The notes under the pieces are model-generated. The model searched no databases. It saw only the letters and a program-made list of their open reading frames with translations, and was not told where the DNA came from. The position numbers and the translations under genes were made by a program. This document shows positions 1-6,825 of a stretch of 32,000 bases of DNA, one piece after another. Within the stretch, counting starts at the first letter, position 1. Each line of letters begins with the position of its first letter. Source of the DNA: Nitratidesulfovibrio vulgaris str. Hildenborough (GTDB lineage Bacteria > Desulfobacterota > Desulfovibrionia > Desulfovibrionales > Desulfovibrionaceae); contig NC_005863.1 of assembly GCF_000195755.1 (NCBI RefSeq), positions 30,001 to 62,000 on the forward strand, in the 5' to 3' direction.

Positions 1-1241
1 CATCTTGCCCGCCCGGTCATGCATTCCGTGATGGCCGACGTCGGTCGAACGGCGCGCGGGCGTGCGCCCCTGCCACGGGCGGCTGCTCTGCGGGAGCATT
101 CCGGCGTGGATGGTGGCGGGCAGGTGTTCGGCGAAGAGCATGTCGCCATCGCCAGCCACGGCGAGGGTGCAGTCGATGACGTTGACCAGTTCACGCACGT
201 TACCGGGCCACGGATGGGCGAGAAGCCTCGCCCTGAACTCCGCCGACATCTGCCAGACCTTGCCGCCGTTGGATTCGGCCCGCGACTGGAGCAGGTGTTC
301 GGCTATCTCGATGATGTCCAGACCGCGTTCGCGCAACGGCGGCAGCAGCACGCGCATGGTGCTGATGCGGTACAGCAGGTCGTCGCGGAACGTGCCCTCG
401 CGCACCATCTCCTGAAGGTCCTTGTTGGTGGCCGCCACCAGCCTGAAGTCGCTCGACTCTTCACTGCCGCCACCCACCGGGCGATAGCGCCTCTCCTGCA
501 ACACGCGCAGGAACTTCTTCTGGAGCGACATGGGCAGTTCGCTGACCTCATCGAGGAAGAGCGTGCCGCCGTCAGCCTGCCTGATGAGGCCCACCCGCGA
601 TTTGGCCGCCCCGGTGAACGCCCCCTGCGAGTAGCCGAAGAGCAGGCTCTCCACGAGGTGTTCGGGCAGCGAGGCGCAGTCCACGGTGATGAGCGGGCCG
701 CCCCGGCGCTGGCTCATGCGGTGGATGGCGCGGGCGAAGAGTTCCTTGCCCGTGCCCGTCTCGCCTTGCAGCAGCACGTTCACGTCGGCATTGGACGAGC
801 GGGCGATGGTCTCGAACTGGGCACGCAACGCGGCGGACTGCCGAAGATGCCGAAGTCGCGCAAGTCCGGCCCTTCGGCCCCGTTGCCGCCGAAGGAGGGC
901 AGCCGCTCGAGCAGCGTCGTGATGGCGCGCGGGGCCTTGCCCTTGGGCATGTAGTTGAGTGCGCCGCTCAGCAGGGCCGCCTTGCCACGCTCGGGGTTGT
1001 ACCGTTCGGCCACGACGACCACCTGCGGGGCCGCCTGTGTGGAGCGCAGCCTCGGGATGCCTTCGAGCGCGTTGTCCATGCCCTCTTCAAGGACGACAAG
1101 CTGGCACGACGACGCGCGGCAATGCCTGATGCCGTCCTCAAGCGATGAGACGACCTTGAGGCTATGCCCGCCATCGGCGAACAGGCGCGAAAGATGCATG
1201 TACAGATCAGGCTGGTGCCCGATGAGCAGTACGTTGGCCAT
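1..1241 (-). pseudogene. sigma-54-dependent response-regulator-type activator (NtrC/AtoC/PrsR-like enhancer-binding protein); reading frame broken near nt 836-842; C-terminal HTH lies beyond the window start
   Basis: ATG 1241 follows an AAGGAA RBS and opens a CheY-like receiver (MANVLLIGHQ...NYMPKG) that runs into a stop at 780. A different minus-strand frame, open from about 838 to nt 1, reads SAALRAQFETIARSSNADVNVLLQGETGTGKELFARAIH...GYSQGAFTGAAK...TLFLDEVSEL...WPGNVRELVNVI. These are the Walker A, GAFTGA loop, Walker B and sensor regions of sigma-54 AAA+ activators. The frames abut at GIFGS/SAAL, as if one nucleotide were missing. This frame is absent from the ORF track because it has no stop inside the window. 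Confidence 0.7.
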
Positions 1242-1586
1242 GAAGCGTTCCTTTGCGTCACTCTCCATGTCAGGCGATGAAGGTGTGCGTTGGCGCGGAA
1301 CAGATTTGTGGGATAGTATAGTCATGGACTATGCAGCATATCCTATTAGAATGTTGATGCAGATAGTTTTATTGTTTTAATGCTATGGAATCATTGCGCA
1401 ATAGGTTAGTTTATTTTTAGTGGGCAGCCTGAAGATACATTATTTATATTCAAGTGGATTATATGAACGTATGCATGTCGTCGATCTGCGTTCTCATGAT
1501 GCGAATGTTGTATTGAAAATGCAGTCTATATAAGGTGAATACGTGTGAGCACAGCTTGTAGGGTGACACTGCAAATGGGGGTTGTT

Positions 1587-1997
1587 ATGCTTCAAGGAAT
1601 AATGTCAGGACGTATATCTTCTCGCAGTTCTAAGGCGCAGGACCGGAGGGACGCGCACCGTATCGAACTGATGAGCCCCTTCATTGTCTCTGCGACGTTC
1701 GACTCTGCGCATAGCCATCTGTGTCTTGCCCGCAACGTAGGCGTCGGTGGCCTGTTGCTGGAGTTCCAGACCGAAAGCGAGTTGTCCGGTGTCTCCGATG
1801 GATTCCGTTGCGTGCTCACGGATATGATGCCGGAAGGCTATCATACTATGCAGGATGTCCATTGTTCCGTGGAATGGCTGTACCGCAAGTTCGTCGGTGT
1901 CGCATTCAGCAGACCTTTCTTCATGAACCATGATGCTCTTCTTGAATGGATGAAAAGGGTACGCATGTCCTACAGGCTTGTGGAGAATGCAGACTAG
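1587..1997 (+). CDS. single-domain PilZ protein (putative c-di-GMP receptor), motif 2 degenerate
   Basis: Lies within ORF 1545..1997. RRDAHR (RxxxR) is followed at PilZ spacing by NVGVGG (D/NxSxxG with Ser->Gly). The C-terminal strand VGVAFSRPF resembles the other two PilZ ORFs here. ATG 1587 is preceded by GGGGG. The start is uncertain (GTG 1545, ATG 1575, 1587 or 1602). Confidence 0.6.
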   Translation: MLQGIMSGRISSRSSKAQDRRDAHRIELMSPFIVSATFDSAHSHLCLARNVGVGGLLLEFQTESELSGVSDGFRCVLTDMMPEGYHTMQDVHCSVEWLYRKFVGVAFSRPFFMNHDALLEWMKRVRMSYRLVENAD

Positions 1998-2056
1998 GGC
2001 ATCGCTCGGCGGTGCATACCCTGTATTGAACGCCATGAGTCATAGACAAACGAGGC

Positions 2057-2107
2057 GGAACATGAAGGCGTCTTCGCACGGCCTTCATGTTCCGTCTTGT
2101 TGTTGTG
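2057..2107. terminator. intrinsic terminator hairpin between convergent PilZ genes (probably bidirectional)
   Basis: Perfect 13-bp stem GGAACATGAAGGC / GCCTTCATGTTCC (2057-2069 / 2081-2093) with an 11-nt loop, followed by GTCTTGTTGTTGTG on the plus strand. On the minus strand the hairpin is followed by GCCTCGTTTGTCTATG. Confidence 0.6.
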
Positions 2108-2117
2108 ACGCAGAGCG

Positions 2118-2477
2118 TCAATAGTCTTGCGGATAGTATCCCTGCTGCTTGTAGTCGCCTTGCTGGTAGTAGTTCTTCATGTCCTCGTAGCTATGCAGTA
2201 AAGGGCCGGAGAACGATACGCCAACCTCCTTGCCGTAGCTCCACACTACTGAATAGTAGTGGTCGTGCAGAAAAGCAGGCTTGTAGTATTCTTCCTTGAC
2301 CTTGCCGTAGCTGCCGTAGCGCATGTCAGGGTCGTAGTCGCCTTGCAGTTGCAGACGCGCCCCACCCTGACTGATGTCCAGAAGCCTTGCGTAGTACTCT
2401 TCGCCGTTTATCTGGACGCTGCAATCATAGGCATAACCCTTCAGGTCAAGCCTCTGGTAGTTTCTGCGTTCTTGCAT
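2118..2477 (-). CDS. single-domain PilZ protein (c-di-GMP receptor), extremely tyrosine-rich with a YYQQGDYKQQGYYPQDY tail
   Basis: ATG 2477 is preceded by GGAGG. Canonical PilZ motifs RRNYQR (RxxxR) and DISQGG (DxSxxG) are present at the correct spacing. The upstream 107 codons of the 226-aa track ORF (2118..2798) have no RBS and a junk-like composition. 119 aa, 20 of them Tyr (hand count). Confidence 0.8.
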   Translation of the reverse strand: MQERRNYQRLDLKGYAYDCSVQINGEEYYARLLDISQGGARLQLQGDYDPDMRYGSYGKVKEEYYKPAFLHDHYYSVVWSYGKEVGVSFSGPLLHSYEDMKNYYQQGDYKQQGYYPQDY

Positions 2478-2760
2478 GGCTGTACCTCCAGCGTTGGTTG
2501 CGGTGCGCATCTGCCCACGGTCGCAGGCTTGCCGCGTCAAGGGCGTGCCTCGTTGCACGCAAGGGGAGGATGCAACTACCGTGCACGGCGCGCTTGCCGT
2601 GCCGGATGCGGTGCATTCCATAGAAAGTGTTTCATTTCGCATGGTTGTGAAGGCTGTGGGGGCGTGCTCGCTGAAGGATGCATAACTATCTGTTTTGCTA
2701 TCAGAAAGTCGATGCGAGGCGTTGTATCGGCGAATGGCAAGGCCTGTGACCTGCCGGAAG

Positions 2761-2797
2761 TGTTGCCTTATCCGACAACCTGTTGCGTTTTCCGACA
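2761..2797 (+). promoter_or_regulatory. two direct copies (20-bp period) of the 17-bp element TGTTGC(C/G)TT(A/T)TCCGACA; candidate enhancer-binding-protein site pair
   Basis: 2761-2777 is TGTTGCCTTATCCGACA and 2781-2797 is TGTTGCGTTTTCCGACA. Each differs at one position from the copy at 6809-6825. They lie in the non-coding spacer between the PilZ gene (start 2477) and the sigma-54 promoter at 3255. Confidence 0.45.
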
Positions 2798-3254
2798 TCG
2801 CCAGACGCCATCAGGCTATGCTGCGCCATGCCACGCCTGACCGGCGCCTGTCCGACGCCTGTCCCGTCATGGGCCCTTGCCGGACTCGTAAGGGGCCCAT
2901 GGCAGACCCGACTCCGTGCCCGCTTCATGCCGATGGCGCGCGGCGTTTCGCCCCGCCGCACGTCGTGCATCTGCATGATGCCACCCGCGTTTACCGCCAC
3001 CCTCAACGGTCTTGCCGACGCCACGCCACGTCTCGTGTGGGCTACCTGCGTCCCTATGCACGTGTCGCGGGCATTCGTCCCTCGCACGTCTGCGGGCGAT
3101 GGCTATCGCACGGACATGGTGAGGCCGTGCGGCGGGTCGCGTCGGGGTGCGCGCCTGCCGCGCACGGTTGCACCCCGTACTTGTAAAGGACGCAATCGTG
3201 GATGTTTCAGGGCTTTTTCCCTGAACTGCCGTAGTTATTGAAGCTTTTATAATA

Positions 3255-3270
3255 TGGAGTGCTACTTGCA
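3255..3270 (+). promoter_or_regulatory. sigma-54 (-24/-12) promoter for the PEP-CTERM gene 3321..4022
   Basis: TGGAGTGCTACTTGCA has GG and GC separated by exactly 10 nt, as in the consensus TGGCAC-N5-TTGCW. It ends 51 nt upstream of ATG 3321. An inverted repeat GTGCGCG-N5-CGCGCAC at 3147-3165 lies about 100 nt upstream. Confidence 0.65.
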
Positions 3271-3320
3271 AAAAATGCGTGAATAAACGCATACCAGTTC
3301 CGTCACTTCAGGAGGTTCTT

Positions 3321-4022
3321 ATGCGAGTGGCACGTTTGGCAGCGGCTTTGGCTCTGGTTCTGGCATTGGCATCCATCGGCAACGCGGCGACGATGGAGAT
3401 CTTCGTGCGTCCGGAAGGGGACGCCGTGGGGGGGCAGGAACGCTATGGATACGGTTCCCCCTGGTATCAACTCGACCGTGATGCCACGGCGAACCCCAAC
3501 GCGGTCTATCACTGGTATTCTGATGGGAGCGGCGCGGCGCGGTGGACGTTCCTCCAGTTCGACCTCTCGGACCTTGCCGGCCTGGCTGACGCGGTGACCG
3601 GTGCGACGTTCAACTTCAATCTGCTGCCCGACGGCTGGGGAGAAGGCACACGCGGCAACCTCAATCACCTTTCCAATGCAGCCACGGCGAACGGACAGGC
3701 GACCCAGGGGCTTGGCGGCGACCAGCCTGTGGGCAGCGTGACGTCGGCCACGATCCTTGGCTGGAACCATTTCGACGTGACAGAGTACATCAAGGCCGAC
3801 CTCGCGGCGGGGTTCTCATGGTCGGTGTTCTCGTTCAATCAGGTGGGCTATGCGGGGATGTTCTTCAGCAGCGGCGAGACCGAAGAGCGCTCGTACCTGC
3901 AGGTCACCTACAACGGCGGCACCGTCGACCCCAACCTGCCCACGCCCGAACCTTCTTCGGTGGTGCTGATGCTGCTTGGCGCGGCGGGTCTTCTCGCCAT
4001 GCGTCGCAAGGGCGTCATGTAG
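3321..4022 (+). CDS. PEP-CTERM sorting-domain protein with a DNRLRE/CBM96-like N-terminal domain
   Basis: ATG 3321 follows GGAGG. Signal peptide MRVARLAAALALVLALASIGNA. C-terminus PTPEPSSVVLMLLGAAGLLAMRRKGVM has the PEP motif, a TM helix and a basic cluster. The core ARWTFLQFDLSDLAGL..VTGATFNFNL resembles DNRLRE-type domains (from memory, not searched). Confidence 0.9.
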   Translation: MRVARLAAALALVLALASIGNAATMEIFVRPEGDAVGGQERYGYGSPWYQLDRDATANPNAVYHWYSDGSGAARWTFLQFDLSDLAGLADAVTGATFNFNLLPDGWGEGTRGNLNHLSNAATANGQATQGLGGDQPVGSVTSATILGWNHFDVTEYIKADLAAGFSWSVFSFNQVGYAGMFFSSGETEERSYLQVTYNGGTVDPNLPTPEPSSVVLMLLGAAGLLAMRRKGVM

Positions 4023-4070
4023 CACGAGGCGTTGCCTCCATCGCATCCTACATCGTCTGACGGGGAAACA

Positions 4071-4106
4071 GGGGCGGTACACGCAGGTGTGCCGCCCCTT
4101 CCTGTC
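4071..4106 (+). terminator. stem-loop downstream of the PEP-CTERM gene (weak U-tract)
   Basis: GGGGCGGTACAC-GCAG-GTGTGCCGCCCC (4071-4098) forms a 12-bp stem with one G:U pair, followed by TTCCTGTC. It lies 49 nt after stop 4022. Confidence 0.5.
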
Positions 4107-4289
4107 GCTGCCGTGCGGCAGTGAGCGGCTTTGGCGGAGGGTTCGCCCGCTTCGGCAGGGCAGTGTGCACCGTCGGGCCGAACTTGCACACGCAGGCTCG
4201 TCGCCCCTTCCTGTGGCTGCATGCAGCCAGTGGGCGGTGTGCGCGGAGGTTCGCCCGCTTCGGCAGGGGGCAGTGTGCATCGTCGGGCC
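4079..4289. repeat. two tandem copies of a ~109-110-bp non-coding unit
   Basis: Unit A (4079-4179) and unit B (4188-4289) both run from ACACGCAGG to CGTCGGGCC. They share the blocks CGCCCCTTCCTGT(C/G)GCTGC and GGAGG(G)TTCGCCCGCTTCGGCAGGG(GG)CAGTGTGCA(C/T)CGTCGGGCC. Each unit has an internal palindrome at about the equivalent place but with a different sequence: CTGCCGTGCGGCAG at 4108-4121 and GGCTGCATGCAGCC at 4215-4228. Confidence 0.75.
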
Positions 4290-4644
4290 ACGTCCGGCAC
4301 ACTTCGTGTTCCGCCTTCTCCTCCGCTTCCGTGCAGGCAGCCAGCGAAGACCGTGGGCCGGTGCGATGCGGGGGCGCGCTGCACTCGCGCCCACTGTGGA
4401 CGGCCCTCTGGATGTCTCCCCCGTCTGTCGGGAGCGAGAGGTGGCGCGTCGTGCCGGGCCCTCTCGCCACAAGCTGCGCATGTCGGGCGGCAGATGCGTC
4501 GCGTGCCCCGTGTGGTGTGTCGGCCCGGGTTCGGCCCCTGTGCGGCCCCTGTTCGACCTGAAGGCGGCCATGCGGGCGGCATCCCGGTTGTGGGCGCAGG
4601 CGTCGTTCCACCCCATAGCCACTCCCTCGGTGTGCCTCCGTGCC

Positions 4645-4687
4645 CCGCACACGAAGAGGCCGACCTCCACGTGGTGAAGGCCGGCCT
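4645..4687 (-). terminator. stem-loop downstream of the minus-strand PEP-CTERM gene 4717..5583
   Basis: The minus strand reads AGGCCGGCCTTCAC-CAC-GTGGAGGTCGGCCT, a 14-bp stem including two G:U pairs (plus-strand 4657-4687), followed by CTTCGTGTG. It starts 30 nt after the stop codon at 4717-4719. Confidence 0.5.
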
Positions 4688-4716
4688 GTTGTATCGTCAG
4701 GAACGAAGAGACAGGA

Positions 4717-5583
4717 CTAGGCGGTGCGCCGTGCGCGCCGCATCATCATGCCCAGTCCGCCAAGACCCATCAGCATCAGCACTGCCGACGCCGGTTCGGG
4801 GGTGGGCAGGGCGGTGATGGAGAGCAGGGTCTGGTGGGTCGTGGTGACGCCCTCGCTGGTCAGCCAGCCCACGGCATCGGCCGGGAGGCCAAGCAGGGTG
4901 CGGTAGGCCAGCGGAATGGGCGAGAACGACTTGGTGAAGTCCATCACGTAGTCGATGCCGTAGAAGTGGAAGGTCTCCTGCGTGACTTCGGGGTTCATGA
5001 GCACGAACACGTCCTGCTGTGTGCTGCCGGTGTTCGGGGTCTCGAAGAACTTGAAGTCCAGCGTGGTGGAGAACACGGGCAGCGACGTCGCCCCCGGAAG
5101 CTGCGGGATGAGCTGCAGGATGGCGCGTGCCGTGCCACTTTGCAGGGTGATGCTGTCGCCGGCAATGGCCTTGTTGCTGTGAGACAGCACAAGTCCGTTC
5201 ACGGCTGCGCCACCCGTGATCAGGGTACCGCCCACAGTGGGGGCGATGGAGATGGAACTGGTGGTGGCGCCGTTGTGGAAGACGTAGCCACTGCGGTTCG
5301 AGTATGTGTAGTCGCCCCACCGGAGGGTCGAGAAGCCGGGGGTGGTGACGGGGGCGGGCAGCATGACCCCGCCGTCGAAGAGGTAGGTGAGGCTCTTGCT
5401 GCCGATACCGGTGATGCCGTTGTTGGGGTCACCGGGGACGTTGGTGTCGTTGCGCGAGTTGGTCCACTCAACGAAGGCCCCGTCCACAGTGTATGTCCAT
5501 GAGGGGACGACCGCCGCCGATGCCGCCGTCTGCAAGAGCAGCGGGAAGAGCAGCGTGAGTGCGATGAGTGCGAGGCGTTTCAT
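4717..5583 (-). CDS. PEP-CTERM sorting-domain protein, paralog A (possibly the THxN-type PEP-CTERM family)
   Basis: ATG 5583 follows AGGAG. Signal peptide MKRLALIALTLLFPLLLQTAASA. C-terminus LPTPEPASAVLMLMGLGGLGMMMRRARRTA. Alignable along its full length with 5708..6568 (LPVFSTxLDFxFFETPN, DVFVLxNPEVTxETFHFYGxDYV). An HxN motif is present (LSHSN). Confidence 0.9.
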   Translation of the reverse strand: MKRLALIALTLLFPLLLQTAASAAVVPSWTYTVDGAFVEWTNSRNDTNVPGDPNNGITGIGSKSLTYLFDGGVMLPAPVTTPGFSTLRWGDYTYSNRSGYVFHNGATTSSISIAPTVGGTLITGGAAVNGLVLSHSNKAIAGDSITLQSGTARAILQLIPQLPGATSLPVFSTTLDFKFFETPNTGSTQQDVFVLMNPEVTQETFHFYGIDYVMDFTKSFSPIPLAYRTLLGLPADAVGWLTSEGVTTTHQTLLSITALPTPEPASAVLMLMGLGGLGMMMRRARRTA

Positions 5584-5610
5584 GACGAGTCTCCTGTGTC
5601 TTGTAGCTGC

Positions 5611-5640
5611 TTGCAGGAGCCTTGGTGAAGGCTCCTGCAA
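5611..5640 (-). promoter_or_regulatory. perfect 11-bp-stem hairpin between the tandem PEP-CTERM paralogs (attenuator, partial terminator or processing site)
   Basis: TTGCAGGAGCC-TTGGTGAA-GGCTCCTGCAA. No U-tract follows on the minus strand. No sigma-54 promoter was found between the hairpin and ATG 5583. Confidence 0.5.
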
Positions 5641-5663
5641 GTGTGTGGTCGTATTCGGGGCGG

Positions 5664-5680
5664 TGTAAGGTTCTCCGACA
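5664..5680 (+). promoter_or_regulatory. degenerate copy of the 17-bp TGTnnn-N5-CCGACA element
   Basis: TGTAAGGTTCTCCGACA. Its extension TTCTCCGACAGG (5671-5682) nearly matches the 12-mer TTTTCCGACAGG at 6816-6827 and 11052-11063. It lies in the spacer between the two PEP-CTERM paralogs. Confidence 0.35.
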
Positions 5681-5707
5681 GGGGTCGCTGCCGGGGGGGG
5701 CGGTGCG

Positions 5708-6568
5708 TTATGCCTGTGACCGGCGGCGCAGTCCGAAGAGGCCGAGCAGTCCGAGGCCCATCAGGATGATGGAGGTCGGTTCGGGGGTGGGCAGGGCGCG
5801 GATGCTGATCAGCGTATCGAAGGCGTTGTAGGCGTTCTCGGAGGTGATCCAGCCGACGGAACCGACGGGCAGGTTCAGCAGGGCGCGGTAGGTTTCGGGG
5901 ATGAGGCCGAACGAGCCGCCGAAGCTGAACACGTAGTCGACGCCGTAGAAGTGGAAGGTCTCTTCGGTCACTTCGGGGTTCAGCAGTACGAACACGTCGC
6001 TCTCGGTGTTCACGTTGCCGTTGGGGGTCTCGAAGAACAGGAAGTCGAGCTTGGTCGAGAAGACGGGCAGCGGCGGGTTGCCGGAGGGGGCGAGCGTCAG
6101 CACCGAGCGCACGACGCCGGACTTAAGCTGGATGGAGCCGCTGAGGATGGGCTGGTTGTAGTGGTACAGTTCCATGCCAAGCGACGTGGGGCCGTCGGTG
6201 ATCATGGTGCCACTGCGGGCGTTGATGCCGATGGAGCTGAGGTTGGCGCCGGGAATCTGGCTGTATACGGGGCCGGGGCCGCTCCATACGTAGTCGCCCC
6301 ACGCGATATGGCGATAACCCTTGGCCGACGTGCCGGGAGGAACCGGAACACCGCCGTCGAGGTTGTAGAACAGTTCTTCAGGCTCGAAGCCGGTGATGCC
6401 CTGGGCAGGCGTGTCTAACGTGCCGCTTGTGCCCACGGTGGTCTTCCAGCTGACGAAGATGCCGTCAACGGTGTAGTCCCATGCGGGGATGGGGGCTGCC
6501 AGTGCGTTGACCACCATCAGGGCGGTCAGGACCACGGTACCGAGAAGGGAAGAGAGCAGACGCTTCAT
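5708..6568 (-). CDS. PEP-CTERM sorting-domain protein, paralog B
   Basis: ATG 6568 follows AGGAGAAAAACC. Signal peptide MKRLLSSLLGTVVLTALMVVNALA. C-terminus LPTPEPTSIILMGLGLLGLFGLRRRSQA. HxN motif LYHYN. Confidence 0.9.
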   Translation of the reverse strand: MKRLLSSLLGTVVLTALMVVNALAAPIPAWDYTVDGIFVSWKTTVGTSGTLDTPAQGITGFEPEELFYNLDGGVPVPPGTSAKGYRHIAWGDYVWSGPGPVYSQIPGANLSSIGINARSGTMITDGPTSLGMELYHYNQPILSGSIQLKSGVVRSVLTLAPSGNPPLPVFSTKLDFLFFETPNGNVNTESDVFVLLNPEVTEETFHFYGVDYVFSFGGSFGLIPETYRALLNLPVGSVGWITSENAYNAFDTLISIRALPTPEPTSIILMGLGLLGLFGLRRRSQA

Positions 6569-6626
6569 GGTTTTTCTCCTCATTTCATGAGGTTAAAAAT
6601 TGCGTGAGCAAAGTTGCATGGTATTA

Positions 6627-6642
6627 AGCAATGACTGTTCCA
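6627..6642 (-). promoter_or_regulatory. sigma-54 (-24/-12) promoter for PEP-CTERM paralog B
   Basis: The minus strand reads TGGAACAGTCATTGCT, with GG and GC separated by exactly 10 nt. It ends 59 nt upstream of ATG 6568. An AT-rich tract (6644-6700) lies between the promoter and the upstream 17-bp elements, which would suit DNA bending. Confidence 0.65.
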
Positions 6643-6719
6643 ACAGTGCTTTTAATATATATTCAAGTGTGTTGGATGATGTTTTGAGCCTTGATACCCC
6701 TCTCGGCACAGGCTGGCGT

Positions 6720-6736
6720 TGTCAACCTATCCGACA
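6720..6736 (+). promoter_or_regulatory. 17-bp TGTnnn-N5-CCGACA element, proximal site upstream of the 6627-6642 promoter
   Basis: TGTCAACCTATCCGACA, about 80-110 nt upstream of the -24 element on the minus strand. Confidence 0.4.
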
Positions 6737-6808
6737 GATTCGGGGGGCGGCGCGGGTGACCGGGGCGAAAGCGGCGCGGGCCTTCCATTCGCGCTGATGA
6801 AGGGGGGG

Positions 6809-6825
6809 TGTTGCCTTTTCCGACA
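6809..6825 (+). promoter_or_regulatory. 17-bp TGTnnn-N5-CCGACA element, distal site upstream of the 6627-6642 promoter
   Basis: TGTTGCCTTTTCCGACA matches the copies at 2761 and 2781 at 16 of 17 positions. The 12-mer TTTTCCGACAGG is identical to 11052-11063. Confidence 0.5.

Noticed and set aside
2571-2586. Sigma-54-like element on the minus strand upstream of the PilZ gene 2118..2477 (GTGCACGGTAGTTGCA)
   Set aside because: The -12 TTGCA and the spacing are right, but the essentially invariant -24 GG is TG. It is not reported as a promoter.
3816-4677. ORFs of 200-284 aa covering the 4023-4716 spacer (3816..4670 -, 3908..4582 -, 3976..4677 +, 4131..4817 +)
   Set aside because: The translations are Arg/Pro/Cys/Ala-rich and simply mirror the DNA tandem repeat (RRFARFGR twice). 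They overlap real genes at their ends and have no RBS. I treated the region as non-coding.
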